The position numbers and the translations under genes are program-made. From Paecilomyces variotii (lineage: Eukaryota), in the NCBI GenBank assembly GCA_004022145.1, contig RCNU01000013.1: a stretch of 64,000 nucleotides of DNA; one strand, given 5' to 3'. Below, piece by piece: positions 50,131 through 60,873 of this stretch. The stretch's first letter is position 1, and the number at the start of each line of letters is the position of its first letter. A model generated the notes under the pieces. The model worked only from the letters and a program-made list of their open reading frames with translations, made no database searches and was not told the DNA's origin.

Positions 50131-51248
50131 TCAAAGAAGAGGGATCGAAACAGGCTTCTCATAGTCGATATTGTCTCGAGCCGATTCAATACGGTCATGG
50201 CAGGTGCTAAATAGTCGATCCCAGACACGAGTCTGTTTGCCATAGTTATGACTCTTCCGCCAACCCTTGCGATGGTGGAGGTCATGGTCTTCGACGATAA
50301 TCTCCGCGTCAAAATACTGCAATAACCATGTGAATGTCGATGCCGCAGGGGCGTATACGCGAATGCCGCTGTGTCCTAGGACCTCGGTAAAGGCAATATA
50401 TTGATGACATACCCACCATTCATAAAAGCCCATTGGCAAGCCCATGAGTTTCAGCGTGAAATATGTCATGAGAGGAACGCCAACCATATCGAAGAACTCT
50501 TGCTCGTGGTCTGCGTAGGCTGCCAATAGCGAATTCGGGTGTTTGGTCAAATGGTGAGTGCGGTGGTACTTCCAGAGGCCGCCAACATCATGCATGAGAC
50601 GGTGATACCTATTTAGAGTCAGTACTCAGCTTCGCCATTAGGCCATTGATGGCTATTGTATTACAATATTTCAACTTACCAATAAAACCAAAAGTCAAGG
50701 ACAACCCCATACAGACCGATCTCTAAGAAGAGCCACTTCCAATTCATATCAATAGGTAACTCGCCAGGCTTGTAGGTCAAATAGACCGCAGCAATAAGCC
50801 TGGAGCCAGTAGTCTTGTAAAGAGACTTTGCGACTTTCGCCACACCAACATCTGGAATGCCATCGCGTTCATGTTTATCACCGTCCAAGAATCCATATGC
50901 ATGCCCAAGTCGACGAAGGATGCGTGCTTCGTGAACAACGATGATATTAAATGCCATAAAATAGAGATTAAAAGCAGCGATGGGGCTAAAGATGTGGCCC
51001 GTGTAAGAAGTGCATAGTTGGTGAAGGACAAGAGGAATCGCAGCGTGAAAAAGTATCCAAAGATGGACCGACCATTCGTTGAAATATGGAATCTTCTCTC
51101 CTTTAGAGTGAACTGGTACTTCCGTTTTCGGATCAACTGGATATATATCGAGGAAATCCAAAATTTTGTGATGATAATTCCATTGTTCTCGTGGCCAGGT
51201 TGTCCACGTAGATTTCATCGAGTCTTTGGGATTTTGTGTGGTAGTCAT
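50131..51248 (-). CDS. Fatty acid hydroxylase/sterol desaturase family di-iron membrane enzyme
   Basis: His boxes DFWFYW/YHRLMH, HRTHH, GHSG, HDLHH and NYGKQTRVWDRLF. One intron (about 50610-50678). Confidence 0.9.
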
Positions 51249-53105
51249 GGTGCCTGTTTGGCTTGTCAGACTGAACCTAGGGGTGAGTAGGGCGTTGAAA
51301 TAGATACCAGATATTTATAGTATATCCTGAAAATCTGTTGGGGAGATGGGATTCCAATGATTAGTACAGTATCTACCTTTGACATGTGATTCTCCTCGGA
51401 TATCCATCGATTCCCCGCGGCGGGGCTGCTTAAGCATGTTCCTTAGCATAGATTTCATCACACGGGCAGTTCAGGGCTGCCTATAAGTTTCTGCCTATTA
51501 TGGAGGCAAGCAAAGTCTTTTGGCGCTCCGTGACGCTGATATGACTGTCATACACTTGCCACTGAATGAGAGCGGTCAAATCGTCAAGCTCCGGCCTGGG
51601 TTTGATTTCGAATATCCTCATATTGCCTTCGGAGCGTACTGTGGCACACCACCCAGTAGGGAAATTGAAAACGGAAATTGTTAAATAGACAATGGCTACA
51701 AGAATGGCCAAGAGCTGGATGCCATGCGACTCCGGATCGAATGTGAGGGAGGAGTACTGCATAACTCACAACGCTTGTGTTGTCATAATCAGGCCAAAGG
51801 AGCGGTTAATGTATGTAACAGGTGTTATTGAACAGCACCACTTACCTAATTAACCTCTTGGGGAATCGATGATTTACCAATGAGCATAAGGAACGTATCC
51901 TCGTCACAGGAACGTGTCTCTATGCCGAAGACAAGATAGCAGTTTCGTGAGCTGTCCACTCCTTTCCCCATTGAATATCCAGCCTGATCCAGCCTTGTGG
52001 AGATTTCAAACAGCAAGGTTCATGTGAACGCTCCGCGCTCTCGCGTTAAGCACTCGATGTGTTATTCGCTCCTGGTCTTGACGAATGGCTTCCTAGCCAG
52101 TCTCTCATGGCGAAACTTCTCGTTGGCAAGTGTATGTAAATGCTGTCACCAGTAGCCTCGGTAGCACGATATCACTCGCGTTCTTTCTGATGAACTTCGT
52201 CAGCGGCGTGTAATCCTTAGTGAGAAATATCCTATCCCCTCCAAACTCTATGAGGGTGCAGCCATGTCTCTCACGTATGTCATGTCAGTCAGCTACTGGC
52301 GTGTTGAAAGATTAACTCCGGCCAAGTGTTATTATGGAGGCGATATTTCCCCAGGAGAACTATTGCCAAGGATACAACGTAACCTGGATATGGATGTGTG
52401 TATTGTGGACATTGAAAGACAGGATATGCTCTTGTTCAATATACGGTAACTCGTACCGTGGTTCACCAAGTAGCTCGAATAGCTCGAAACCAATCAGCAT
52501 TCAGGAATCATGCCACCTATCCAATGGGGACGTGTTATTGAGCCTGGGAACTTGGTTGCGGCCCGCTGCGAGAACTGTAAGGGGTATAACAGATCTATAC
52601 GCTTGGACACGAATTAAGCAGACAGCACCTGGACAGAGGCATTTGGAGGAACAATAATGTGTCTTGATGGGAGTAACAGCGGTGGAAAAATATAGGCAAT
52701 GAAAATATTCAATCCGGGATCGCGAAGGTACCTTAAGTATTCGATAGCGAGTATTAGTACTCCTGTAGGGTAAAGATGTGTCGCGTTCGAAGATTATCGC
52801 GGCTGCTGCATAGTTCCTCGGGACCTTATATCCAGTTCTCCCCCAGCGGATGGGACGATAATCTTCCTCAAGACGTTGTATTCCTTCACAATGACCTCGT
52901 GGGTAGAGCAAACGAATGTGACGTCTATTTCATTTCTGTTCGCTCTCTTTTCGAAGTAGATCCGGATGCCTATTCGACGTGTGTTTCTTGCCCATTCTCC
53001 ATTGAATCGAATATAAAGGCAAAATATGTCTAAATACGATTTCGAAATAAAATTTGACGAAAGGTTCCATTTACAGCTGGTTGTCCCGAAGCAAAAATAT
53101 CTAAG

Positions 53106-53888
53106 CTATACCTGCACTTTGGCCGTTACCTTGTTAATCACATCCACAACTCCATCAGTGGCCGTCAAGTTCGGACAATGTCCAGTCTGCAGCTCATACG
53201 TATCGACGGGACGTCCCTCTTTCTCGAGGATCCGCACCATCGACTTCTGATAGTCGAGCGGCACAGTCATATCAATAGTCGTGTAGATGTAACTGACCGG
53301 TATTTCGCCCCATGCGCAGCGTGAGATAGGCTGGTACATACACTTTCCGTTCCAGCGCAGAAATGTGTTGATATAGGCGTCTGCTTCATCGTCGGGAACA
53401 CCTTCGCCGACCATTGTCACCTTGGGGGCGCGAACCACCACCGAATCATCCTCAGCAAAGTCAAAAGCGAGAGGCACCAAGTCCATATGGCCGAAACGCC
53501 AGACATGGTCAATCATGCTTCCGCCCTCCAGGCTCACGGTTGCACACATGTAGATGAGGTGAGCAACTCCGCCGATCTTTCCCGCCTTAGAACGCGCCTG
53601 GAGACTCAACTCCGCCAGCGCATTGGTACCAACCTGTCCGCCATAGGAGTGCAGGATCACGATGAGGGTGTGTCCTCCATCCGCCAGCTTGCTCACGAAG
53701 TCTTTGGCGACTTCCGTGTCTGTGTACAAGTCCGCTTTAGGAGGACGCTCGTTGCTGACAGAGGGTAGCGTTGGGATATGCACCTCGTACCCAGCATTTC
53801 GAAGGGCCACGGTGAGCTTTGCATAGGTAGCAGGAACATGCCAAGCACCGGGAATAACGACAATAGTGAGCTTCTTACTGTCAGCCAT
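53106..53888 (-). CDS. Alpha/beta hydrolase (Abhydrolase_6, methylesterase-like)
   Basis: IPGAWH oxyanion motif, LHSYGG nucleophile elbow, D in IDMTV, TGHCP. Intronless, 260 aa. Confidence 0.9.
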   Translation of the reverse strand: MADSKKLTIVVIPGAWHVPATYAKLTVALRNAGYEVHIPTLPSVSNERPPKADLYTDTEVAKDFVSKLADGGHTLIVILHSYGGQVGTNALAELSLQARSKAGKIGGVAHLIYMCATVSLEGGSMIDHVWRFGHMDLVPLAFDFAEDDSVVVRAPKVTMVGEGVPDDEADAYINTFLRWNGKCMYQPISRCAWGEIPVSYIYTTIDMTVPLDYQKSMVRILEKEGRPVDTYELQTGHCPNLTATDGVVDVINKVTAKVQV

Positions 53889-54596
53889 TGCTCTGGATGA
53901 ACTGTGTGAGTTGAAGAGCTCTAGTATGTTGGCTAGAAGCGTGTGCGACTTGTACGCAGACTGTAGTGCATAATGGAGATGAACTACTTAAGAAAACGAA
54001 AGCCTGTACTCAAATTTGCATGTAACTTGCTCTTGTCGCTGTAACTTATTAAGTAAGCACCCCATGCCTTCAAGCGACCTGTTTGGGGGCGGAAGGAAGT
54101 CGTCTGTACAGGAAAGGAGAGCTAAGTACAGGAGTCTACTCAATATTAGGGACTGATTGACGGGGGCGGGAGGCTATGTACTCCGTAAGTAGATACTAAT
54201 AAATCTACTCAGCCAGATCCTTTCCCCAGAGAGCCAAATCTCGATAATCAAGTAGTAGTTATTTTAAGATCTGACAGAATAGCATGTTCAGCAGAAAGAG
54301 TGGAGTAAATGTAGAAAAAAATAGTAATAACTAAGTCAGCTTCAAACAAAACTAGCCCCCTTGGCCCCCAACTCTACAGGACAAGTACCATCAGCACGAT
54401 GGGGGCCACGAACTATTACTCTGAGACTGCTGAGCTATTGAGTACATTCAACGTCTCAAATATAGATGCAGTAAAAGGTATAAAGGTAGAGCGAATTCCA
54501 TGCCATGAGAGAGACCATCAACTCACAAACAATCATCTGAACAAAGACAACATTCTATCAAGATCTTATCTCTACTCTACTTCCACATCCTACAAA

Positions 54597-54966
54597 ATGA
54601 AGTTCACCACTACCATCCTCGCCGCACTTTTCTCTCTAATTGCCGTCTCTGCGGCAAGCCCTACTGGCTTCACCCCTGTCGACAATGTCCTTGAAACTCG
54701 CAAGGGCTGCAGTGGTGACCGTACCGAGGACGACGTCTGCGGTGGCAAGAAGCTTCAGATTCAGAACTCGTTCCACAACTGGTGAGAGCTCAAATCGCCC
54801 GTGCGGATTTTTATCAAGAATTAATACTAATACTATGGGGAATTACAGCAAGAACTCTGGCGGCAAGTGCTGTGCAACAAACTCGGATGGCAGTGGTGGT
54901 ATCGACGTCAAGAACGGAATCGGTCGCGAGGACTGCGGATACTGCTTCAGCGGCAAGTGCAGTTAA
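54597..54966 (+). CDS. Small secreted cysteine-rich prepro-peptide (100 aa, 8 Cys), family not recognised
   Basis: Exons 54597-54781 and 54849-54966 (GTGAGA..CTAAT..CAG intron) total 303 nt. Signal peptide MKFTTTILAALFSLIAVSA, propeptide ending LETR, 65-aa mature part. TATAAA at about 54479. Confidence 0.88.
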
Positions 54967-55447
54967 ATTAGAGGATTAGAAGGATAGTTTTGGTGCTATG
55001 GGGATAAAAAGGAACATAAGGGGAGAAAGAAAAATAAATGTATTTGTAGTTCGCAATTAGAATGTCTTTTTCATTTCTATTTTTGAGAAGCTTAAGCTGT
55101 CCGCACACATTTATCCCGCCCGCAAACAATCAAGTAGGTACCTAACTAACACGTACTTGAGCGGAGTAGTACTGTAAACTACAACAGAGAGGAGCTACCT
55201 CCAGCAAGACATTTCCTGGAGGAGATAATAAACTGAAAGGGGCCTTGTAATTGGGGGCGAATGTATGGCATGGCTTGTACCTTGCCGTCGATCAAATTTA
55301 GGTTCGGCTGCTTGTGCCCAGTTGATAAGTAAGTATCACCAGGCACGAACAGCAGATCTCAGCCCCCACCATAAATGTCTTCTTAACACTCGAGCATCCT
55401 CACGAGGACACATCTACAACTTCAACTTCTTTCCGCAAACCCTCCAA

Positions 55448-56854
55448 ATGGAAGCGCGAGATCTCTTGAGGCTTCCGGAAATTCTCCAAAATGTCTTCGA
55501 ACAGCTTGACTCGGATGGCCCGTCCTTATTTGCTGTCGTCCAAGTCAACAAAACGTGGTTCCTTAACGGCATAGCCGTTCTGTGGCAGAAGGCAAATACC
55601 GATGCCCTCGCTCAGGTCTCTGAGGAGCGTCGCCAAATATATGCCTCATGCATCCATAAGTTAATCTTCAATGGTCCTGGAGATGAAGCATACTACATGT
55701 CGTTTCAGGACCTTGTTTTTACCAACCTACGTGAAGTCTCAATCGATTCATATCGTCCCAAAAATGGGCATCGGCCGAATCTATTGCCATTGCTTCCCCC
55801 GACCTTAGAGGAATTTTCGTTTTACGGAGGCGACCTTGGCTTCGAAGTTTTGGATCACTTACGGACAAATTGTCGACGACTACGATCTATTTTAATCGAT
55901 TCCCCTGGCTCCGATATTACGCCTACGGCCTTTCTGAATTTCCTTCGCAGCTGCCCAATATTGGAGAGTTTGACCTTCGTCGTCAGAATGGAACATCTAC
56001 TTCCTCCAGAAACCATATTACACCTCTTTTCACGGAAAAATCTGAGGAGCTTGGAGATCTCAGCTATGATCAAAGAAGATCTTCTGGATCAGATATCAGC
56101 TACTATTGACACTCCGCTCCCTATGATCGAGCGACTTATTCTGCCTATCACAGCATCTGCTATTCCCACGATGATAACACTCCTCGAGCCACGACATTCT
56201 CTCCGAGAGCTATCTTTGTCTATCGACGGGACGACGCGAGATATATTTACCCACATCTCGCGACTAACAAGCTTGGAAAAACTTGAGCTCAAATTTCGCC
56301 AGGAGGCGGAACTATCCTCTAGAGATCTCGCTTCATTGAAGCAATTAACCCTCTTACAAAAGCTCAGCATTGTGACCGATTCTTGGTATGGTCTCAATAC
56401 CTCATCCATTCACGCAATGGACTGGACAGACACAGACTTTGACGCAGCGATTTCACATATGCCTCGCTTAAGGCATCTCGAGCTGCAAGTCCAATGCCCA
56501 CTATTTGTTGCCGCTGTGGCATCGCTGAGCCATCATTGTCGCTCCTTGGAGACATGCGAGATGCCTCAAATTTTCAATTTCAACATGTGGCCGGATCGTG
56601 ATGAGATATGGTTCCCAAATCTGCAAGAGCTTTGGATTGGTGGTTTTGACAACGATGGTGATGATCAGAATACGTCCGTTTCCTAGCCTTTTCTTTTATT
56701 GGAGGAGTTATTAACATCAATTTGTAGCCAAAACGATCCGCGGGAATTCGCGGCCAAACTCAAAGCTAAATGCCCTCGACTTCAAGACCTTAATGTCTAC
56801 AGTGAAGACCCATACACGGAAGCAGTGGCAGCGGCATTTAACGCGTTAGACTAG
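55448..56854 (+). CDS. F-box-like + RNI-like leucine-rich-repeat protein
   Basis: N-terminal LLRLPEILQNVFEQL..LFAVVQVNKTW..LW, LRR units (CRRLRSILI, CPILESLTF, LTSLEKLEL, MPRLRHLEL, FPNLQELWI). Probable last intron 56674-56727, last exon ending KCPRLQDL..LD*. Confidence 0.82.
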
Positions 56855-56959
56855 GGTTACATGTCCAGATTGTGTACTTTGTATACTGAATACAGGTGTC
56901 CTCTGATCCTGATAAATTAGATCTTTCACTTCCCAGCTTCTCTGATGACTTGTTGGAAC

Positions 56960-57340
56960 CTAGTCCACACGTGATAAACCTTCAAAGTATGCCAAATCTT
57001 TGATTAATGGAGACACAACAGACTCGAAGACGGACTCCTCAAATTTATCGTCCTCGAATGCCACACCTCTTGAGTTAGACCAGTAAAGACACTCCTTGAC
57101 GACATCTCCATAATTCGAGCCACTCTCTCAGTAGACCGCCGGGAGGACTCTGGCGGTGATTTTCAATTGTGTGAGATCATCCGTTGCATCCCTGTCTTCA
57201 GGCCTATATAATGCCGACATCGTCTGGCCCAACGAAAGTTCAATGAGAGCCATGGCTAGTGGGAATAAATCCACAAATGGCGGCACAGTGCCACTGGGCG
57301 CCCTGTCGGGCTGTATAAAAGTAGATATTTTGACAAATCA
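56960..57340 (-). pseudogene. Relic C-terminal kinase-like domain (type found in fungal HeLo/DUF7580-like proteins)
   Basis: LFPLAMALIELSLGQ..VY*ESGSNYGDVVKECLYW..FEDDKFEESVFESVVSPL..F. In-frame TGA at 57128-57130 and no intact 5' part. Confidence 0.6.
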
Positions 57341-58593
57341 CCTTTTGTAGGATGGATACTTGTTCATTCGTATTTCTTGTAACCCAAACGAGATTTCTCT
57401 TTTGTAGATTCGGAGTAGTTAGTGAGAACTCGATGAAGAATCGTTAAACAGCCAATCGAAGTCCGCTGCGTGGTTCTCACAGATGAGGGTAAAGAAGGTT
57501 GCGACATGGAGAGCGAAATTTCAAGATTCTCCCAAACTGCTTCCGTGCGGAACAGGGCGTGATATTGCATCAGATACACAGATCCAAGCATGGACTCAGC
57601 AAGCATTAGAAGATGGTCACCCTATTAAATACGTGACGTTCAGTTCTCTGACTAACCCCTCCATAAAACTGACTTACTAGGACGAGGAAGGATATATCAC
57701 TGAGCTTACAGTATCAACGGCGGAGTTTGATATATTGGCCGTGGAAAGAGGATACAAGTATTTCAACTGCTGAGTAGAAGATGTGTGAAAGTGATCAGAC
57801 GTCGTTTCCTGTTTGATACTGCTGCTTGATAAGTAAGCGTTTCTTGAAAGGTGGCCCTTTGGCTTAGTGCATAGAGAACCAAATTTCTGGAGCGAAGCTC
57901 GCTGAGCTTGTATTATCTAGCAACTAGCTCAACTTGTTTATCTCTGTGCGTGGAGCTAGAAAGGCGTGGGAGAAACCCGACCCGAGGTCTGTCTGTACGC
58001 AGGCTCTGACAAAATTCACTGCGGGGTTGATATTCAATGCTCTCTCATTTCCTCTCCAGTCTTACTGTCCTAATACTAAAGATTGGGCTTATAACACTAT
58101 AATTGCGCCAGGATTGTATAATATCACTTGATAACTCTTTCCCTTCGATTTGCTAGAGAGATCGCAAAGTCTGTCAGCACCCATAAATGCCTATCTAGTC
58201 GGGGTGTGTCAGCGTGCATTTCAACTTGACAAAAGCTATGACGACGATTGCCTTAGTCTTCAAGAATTTCTTGAAACCATTCACTGCACTGCTGAACTCA
58301 GGTCACCTTGCCCGCTTTGGGACAGAAGTATCCCTGTGGCGTTAGGAAGATAAATTGGGAAGGCTGCGCGTATGGGCTGATAATATCGGAGCGCATCAGA
58401 CTGGACAATCCTCGTGGGACTTCCGGCTTCGAGGTTCCTCTCACTTAAAAATTGGAACCGTTAGTTTCCTGCAAAGATTAAGTTACTGACGAATTAGGAT
58501 ACTCTTCTTGATAAAGCATGAAGTAATATTAAAGTAATAGAATCAAGCAGATTTGTAGGAGAAGCAAACGGATGACCTATAAACAACCGATCC

Positions 58594-59976
58594 TTAAGAA
58601 GTAACCCACTTTTCAAATCTTCGTGCCAGCATCATGCATTTCCTATCAACAAAACGATTCCATAGTTCTGCCACCAGAACCATAATCATAAGGCAAACAA
58701 CAACAGATCCTCCAAAAGCCATACAGAATGCCACGGGATGCGTCCTGCTTGCCTCAACAGTGCCTGGATAAGGCGTCTGTGTCACGATGAACCATAACAT
58801 ACTTCTAACTGGCCGTTTGAAAATGAAATAGACCATCACATGAATCACATATAGTGGGAATGAAATTTCCCCCAAGTATTGCACAGGCTGCGAGTTAAGT
58901 GGGGACTGTAGAAGGGCGGATTCACGGATTGCATAGATCGCGAGAGTAGCTCCAATGCTTCTCCAACATCTTGAGAACATCTCCGGGTGATCCCAGGAAG
59001 GAGATTGAATCGCGAGGAGAAATCGATACTCGGGCGAAACTTTATCGGCGTGGCACATACAAAGGAGGTAGATGCCTAAAACGAAGCTGGCTGCTGGTAG
59101 AAATCGACCGATGAGGACCTTGAATTTTGTCCAGACATCAGTCACAGCTCTCCGAGTCTCGGAATGATTGCAGGGCAGTTCAATCTCGCCAGCTGGTCCA
59201 CAATGATCTGAGACGTGTCCTTCTCCAAGAAGCATTCCTGCAACAAAGGCAAATAGATCCCATTGACCGATATAAAGCCAATATGCTGCCACGGCTATTA
59301 GAGCCAGATATCGGGGTCGAGGTCTCCAGAATGCAAAGGTCAAGATCAGCAGATATACCATGCATGAGCCACGAATCTCAACAGGCATAGTCCAGAGCTG
59401 GTAATTCAGATTTGCAAAGTCAGGTCGTGGGCGGACAAAGTTGATATCGATTCCGTGGTTGCTGATATCCAGCAGATGTAGCACATGCCAAAGCGCATAA
59501 TGAATATGCGACAGCGGCGCCGTGAAGGGCTTTAGACCCCAGACCCAGTCGTCGCTCGGGGGCTCCCATTGGTAGATACCGCAGAAGTATAGAAATTGGG
59601 AGACAAAGATGATCACGATGCAAGGCAAATAGATGCGAAAAATTCGACGGGTTGCAGCGGAAGCCAGGCGGCGAAAAAAGCCATCATTGTTCGCAAGGAC
59701 ATTGGTAAGAGTGTCTCCACGGGATTGGAGAAGTGGGAGAGAGATTGCGTAGCCGGATATAACCATAAACAAAGCTACCATTGACGCACCAGAGAATAGA
59801 AGCCGAATGGGAGGGAGCTGGATGAAACGCCGGTTCTCTTCAGCTGGTTCATCCCAGTAGGAGTTGAACAGAAACCCAAGGACGCTCTGAGGCTCGAAGG
59901 ACTTTGCATGGAATAAAGCTACTATAGCAGATGCGACGCCTCGAAGGCCGTCAAGCCAGAGAACGCGCTCCTTCAT
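58594..59976 (-). CDS. Acyltransferase family 3 (OafA/MdoC-like) membrane O-acyltransferase
   Basis: WLDGLRGVAS..H, VALFMVISGY, RRIFRIYLP, LWTMPVE, YLGEISFPLYVIH, VD..R. Intronless. Confidence 0.9.
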   Translation of the reverse strand: MKERVLWLDGLRGVASAIVALFHAKSFEPQSVLGFLFNSYWDEPAEENRRFIQLPPIRLLFSGASMVALFMVISGYAISLPLLQSRGDTLTNVLANNDGFFRRLASAATRRIFRIYLPCIVIIFVSQFLYFCGIYQWEPPSDDWVWGLKPFTAPLSHIHYALWHVLHLLDISNHGIDINFVRPRPDFANLNYQLWTMPVEIRGSCMVYLLILTFAFWRPRPRYLALIAVAAYWLYIGQWDLFAFVAGMLLGEGHVSDHCGPAGEIELPCNHSETRRAVTDVWTKFKVLIGRFLPAASFVLGIYLLCMCHADKVSPEYRFLLAIQSPSWDHPEMFSRCWRSIGATLAIYAIRESALLQSPLNSQPVQYLGEISFPLYVIHVMVYFIFKRPVRSMLWFIVTQTPYPGTVEASRTHPVAFCMAFGGSVVVCLMIMVLVAELWNRFVDRKCMMLARRFEKWVTS

Positions 59977-60873
59977 AGCCAGAGCTACAGTCCCTTCGAA
60001 GAAAAGATCACCTTCTGAGAGCTGGATTTTACTACTACATACCCGACAGTGCGACGGTGATAAAACAATTCGTGAGGTCAAAGACGCGGGCTGTGGCCTG
60101 GCTGGCTGACACTATGAGCTGAATAAAATGCCACAATTTCTTTACACAATGTTTATGGGCCCTGACGCATAAGGAGTTGGCATGGTTAGATCAGGACCGG
60201 ATCAGCATATGCATAGCGCTACCTTGCTGGGTGCTCACAATACAGGTATTGTATATATTACATTTAGACTATCATTCTACCTTGTAGATCTGCGATGTTT
60301 TCGGACGAATAGTAGGTCACTTAACCGCACAGCGGAGACCTAACTATAAACCGTCACTGTAAATGTTGCAGGAGGCAGATTCAGTGGTCGATTCATTGTG
60401 TAACTCTCTAACCATAGTGTAACTTAAGCTACTTATCGACTGGAAATATCTTACCCTAGATTTCGATTCAGGCTGTGTTCACATAGCTCGCCCCATCCCA
60501 GCTGTGATGAACCCGGCTGCTGTATCCGAGCGCATTGTGGCTGGCTGGACTGTAAGTATTAATGCGAAATTCTACGTCCGGAAGAGCAAACTAGCTTATA
60601 TCCAAGAAATTATTTTCCTTTTAAAAAAAAAGGGACTACCCCACAAAGTCGCCCCGAAACAGCTATCTTCCCCATGCACTATTGCCTAGAGTGGTTACGC
60701 CATGAAAGCTCACAAGGTTTTTTTTTGGTGCCTAGCTGGAGTGAGGTAGTTAGATAGCTTTCTAAGAGCTTGGATGGTTAGCACGACCAAGCAGCTCGTT
60801 CAGCAGCTCCGAGATGGTTGTTCCTCATGTTAATTCTCGTATAATGATCGATAAATCTACACTAAGACACGGC

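Noticed and set aside
57128-57130. Premature stop corrected by A-to-I editing
   Set aside because: Such editing is known mainly for UAG in Sordariomycete sexual stages; here other lesions and a missing 5' end point to decay.
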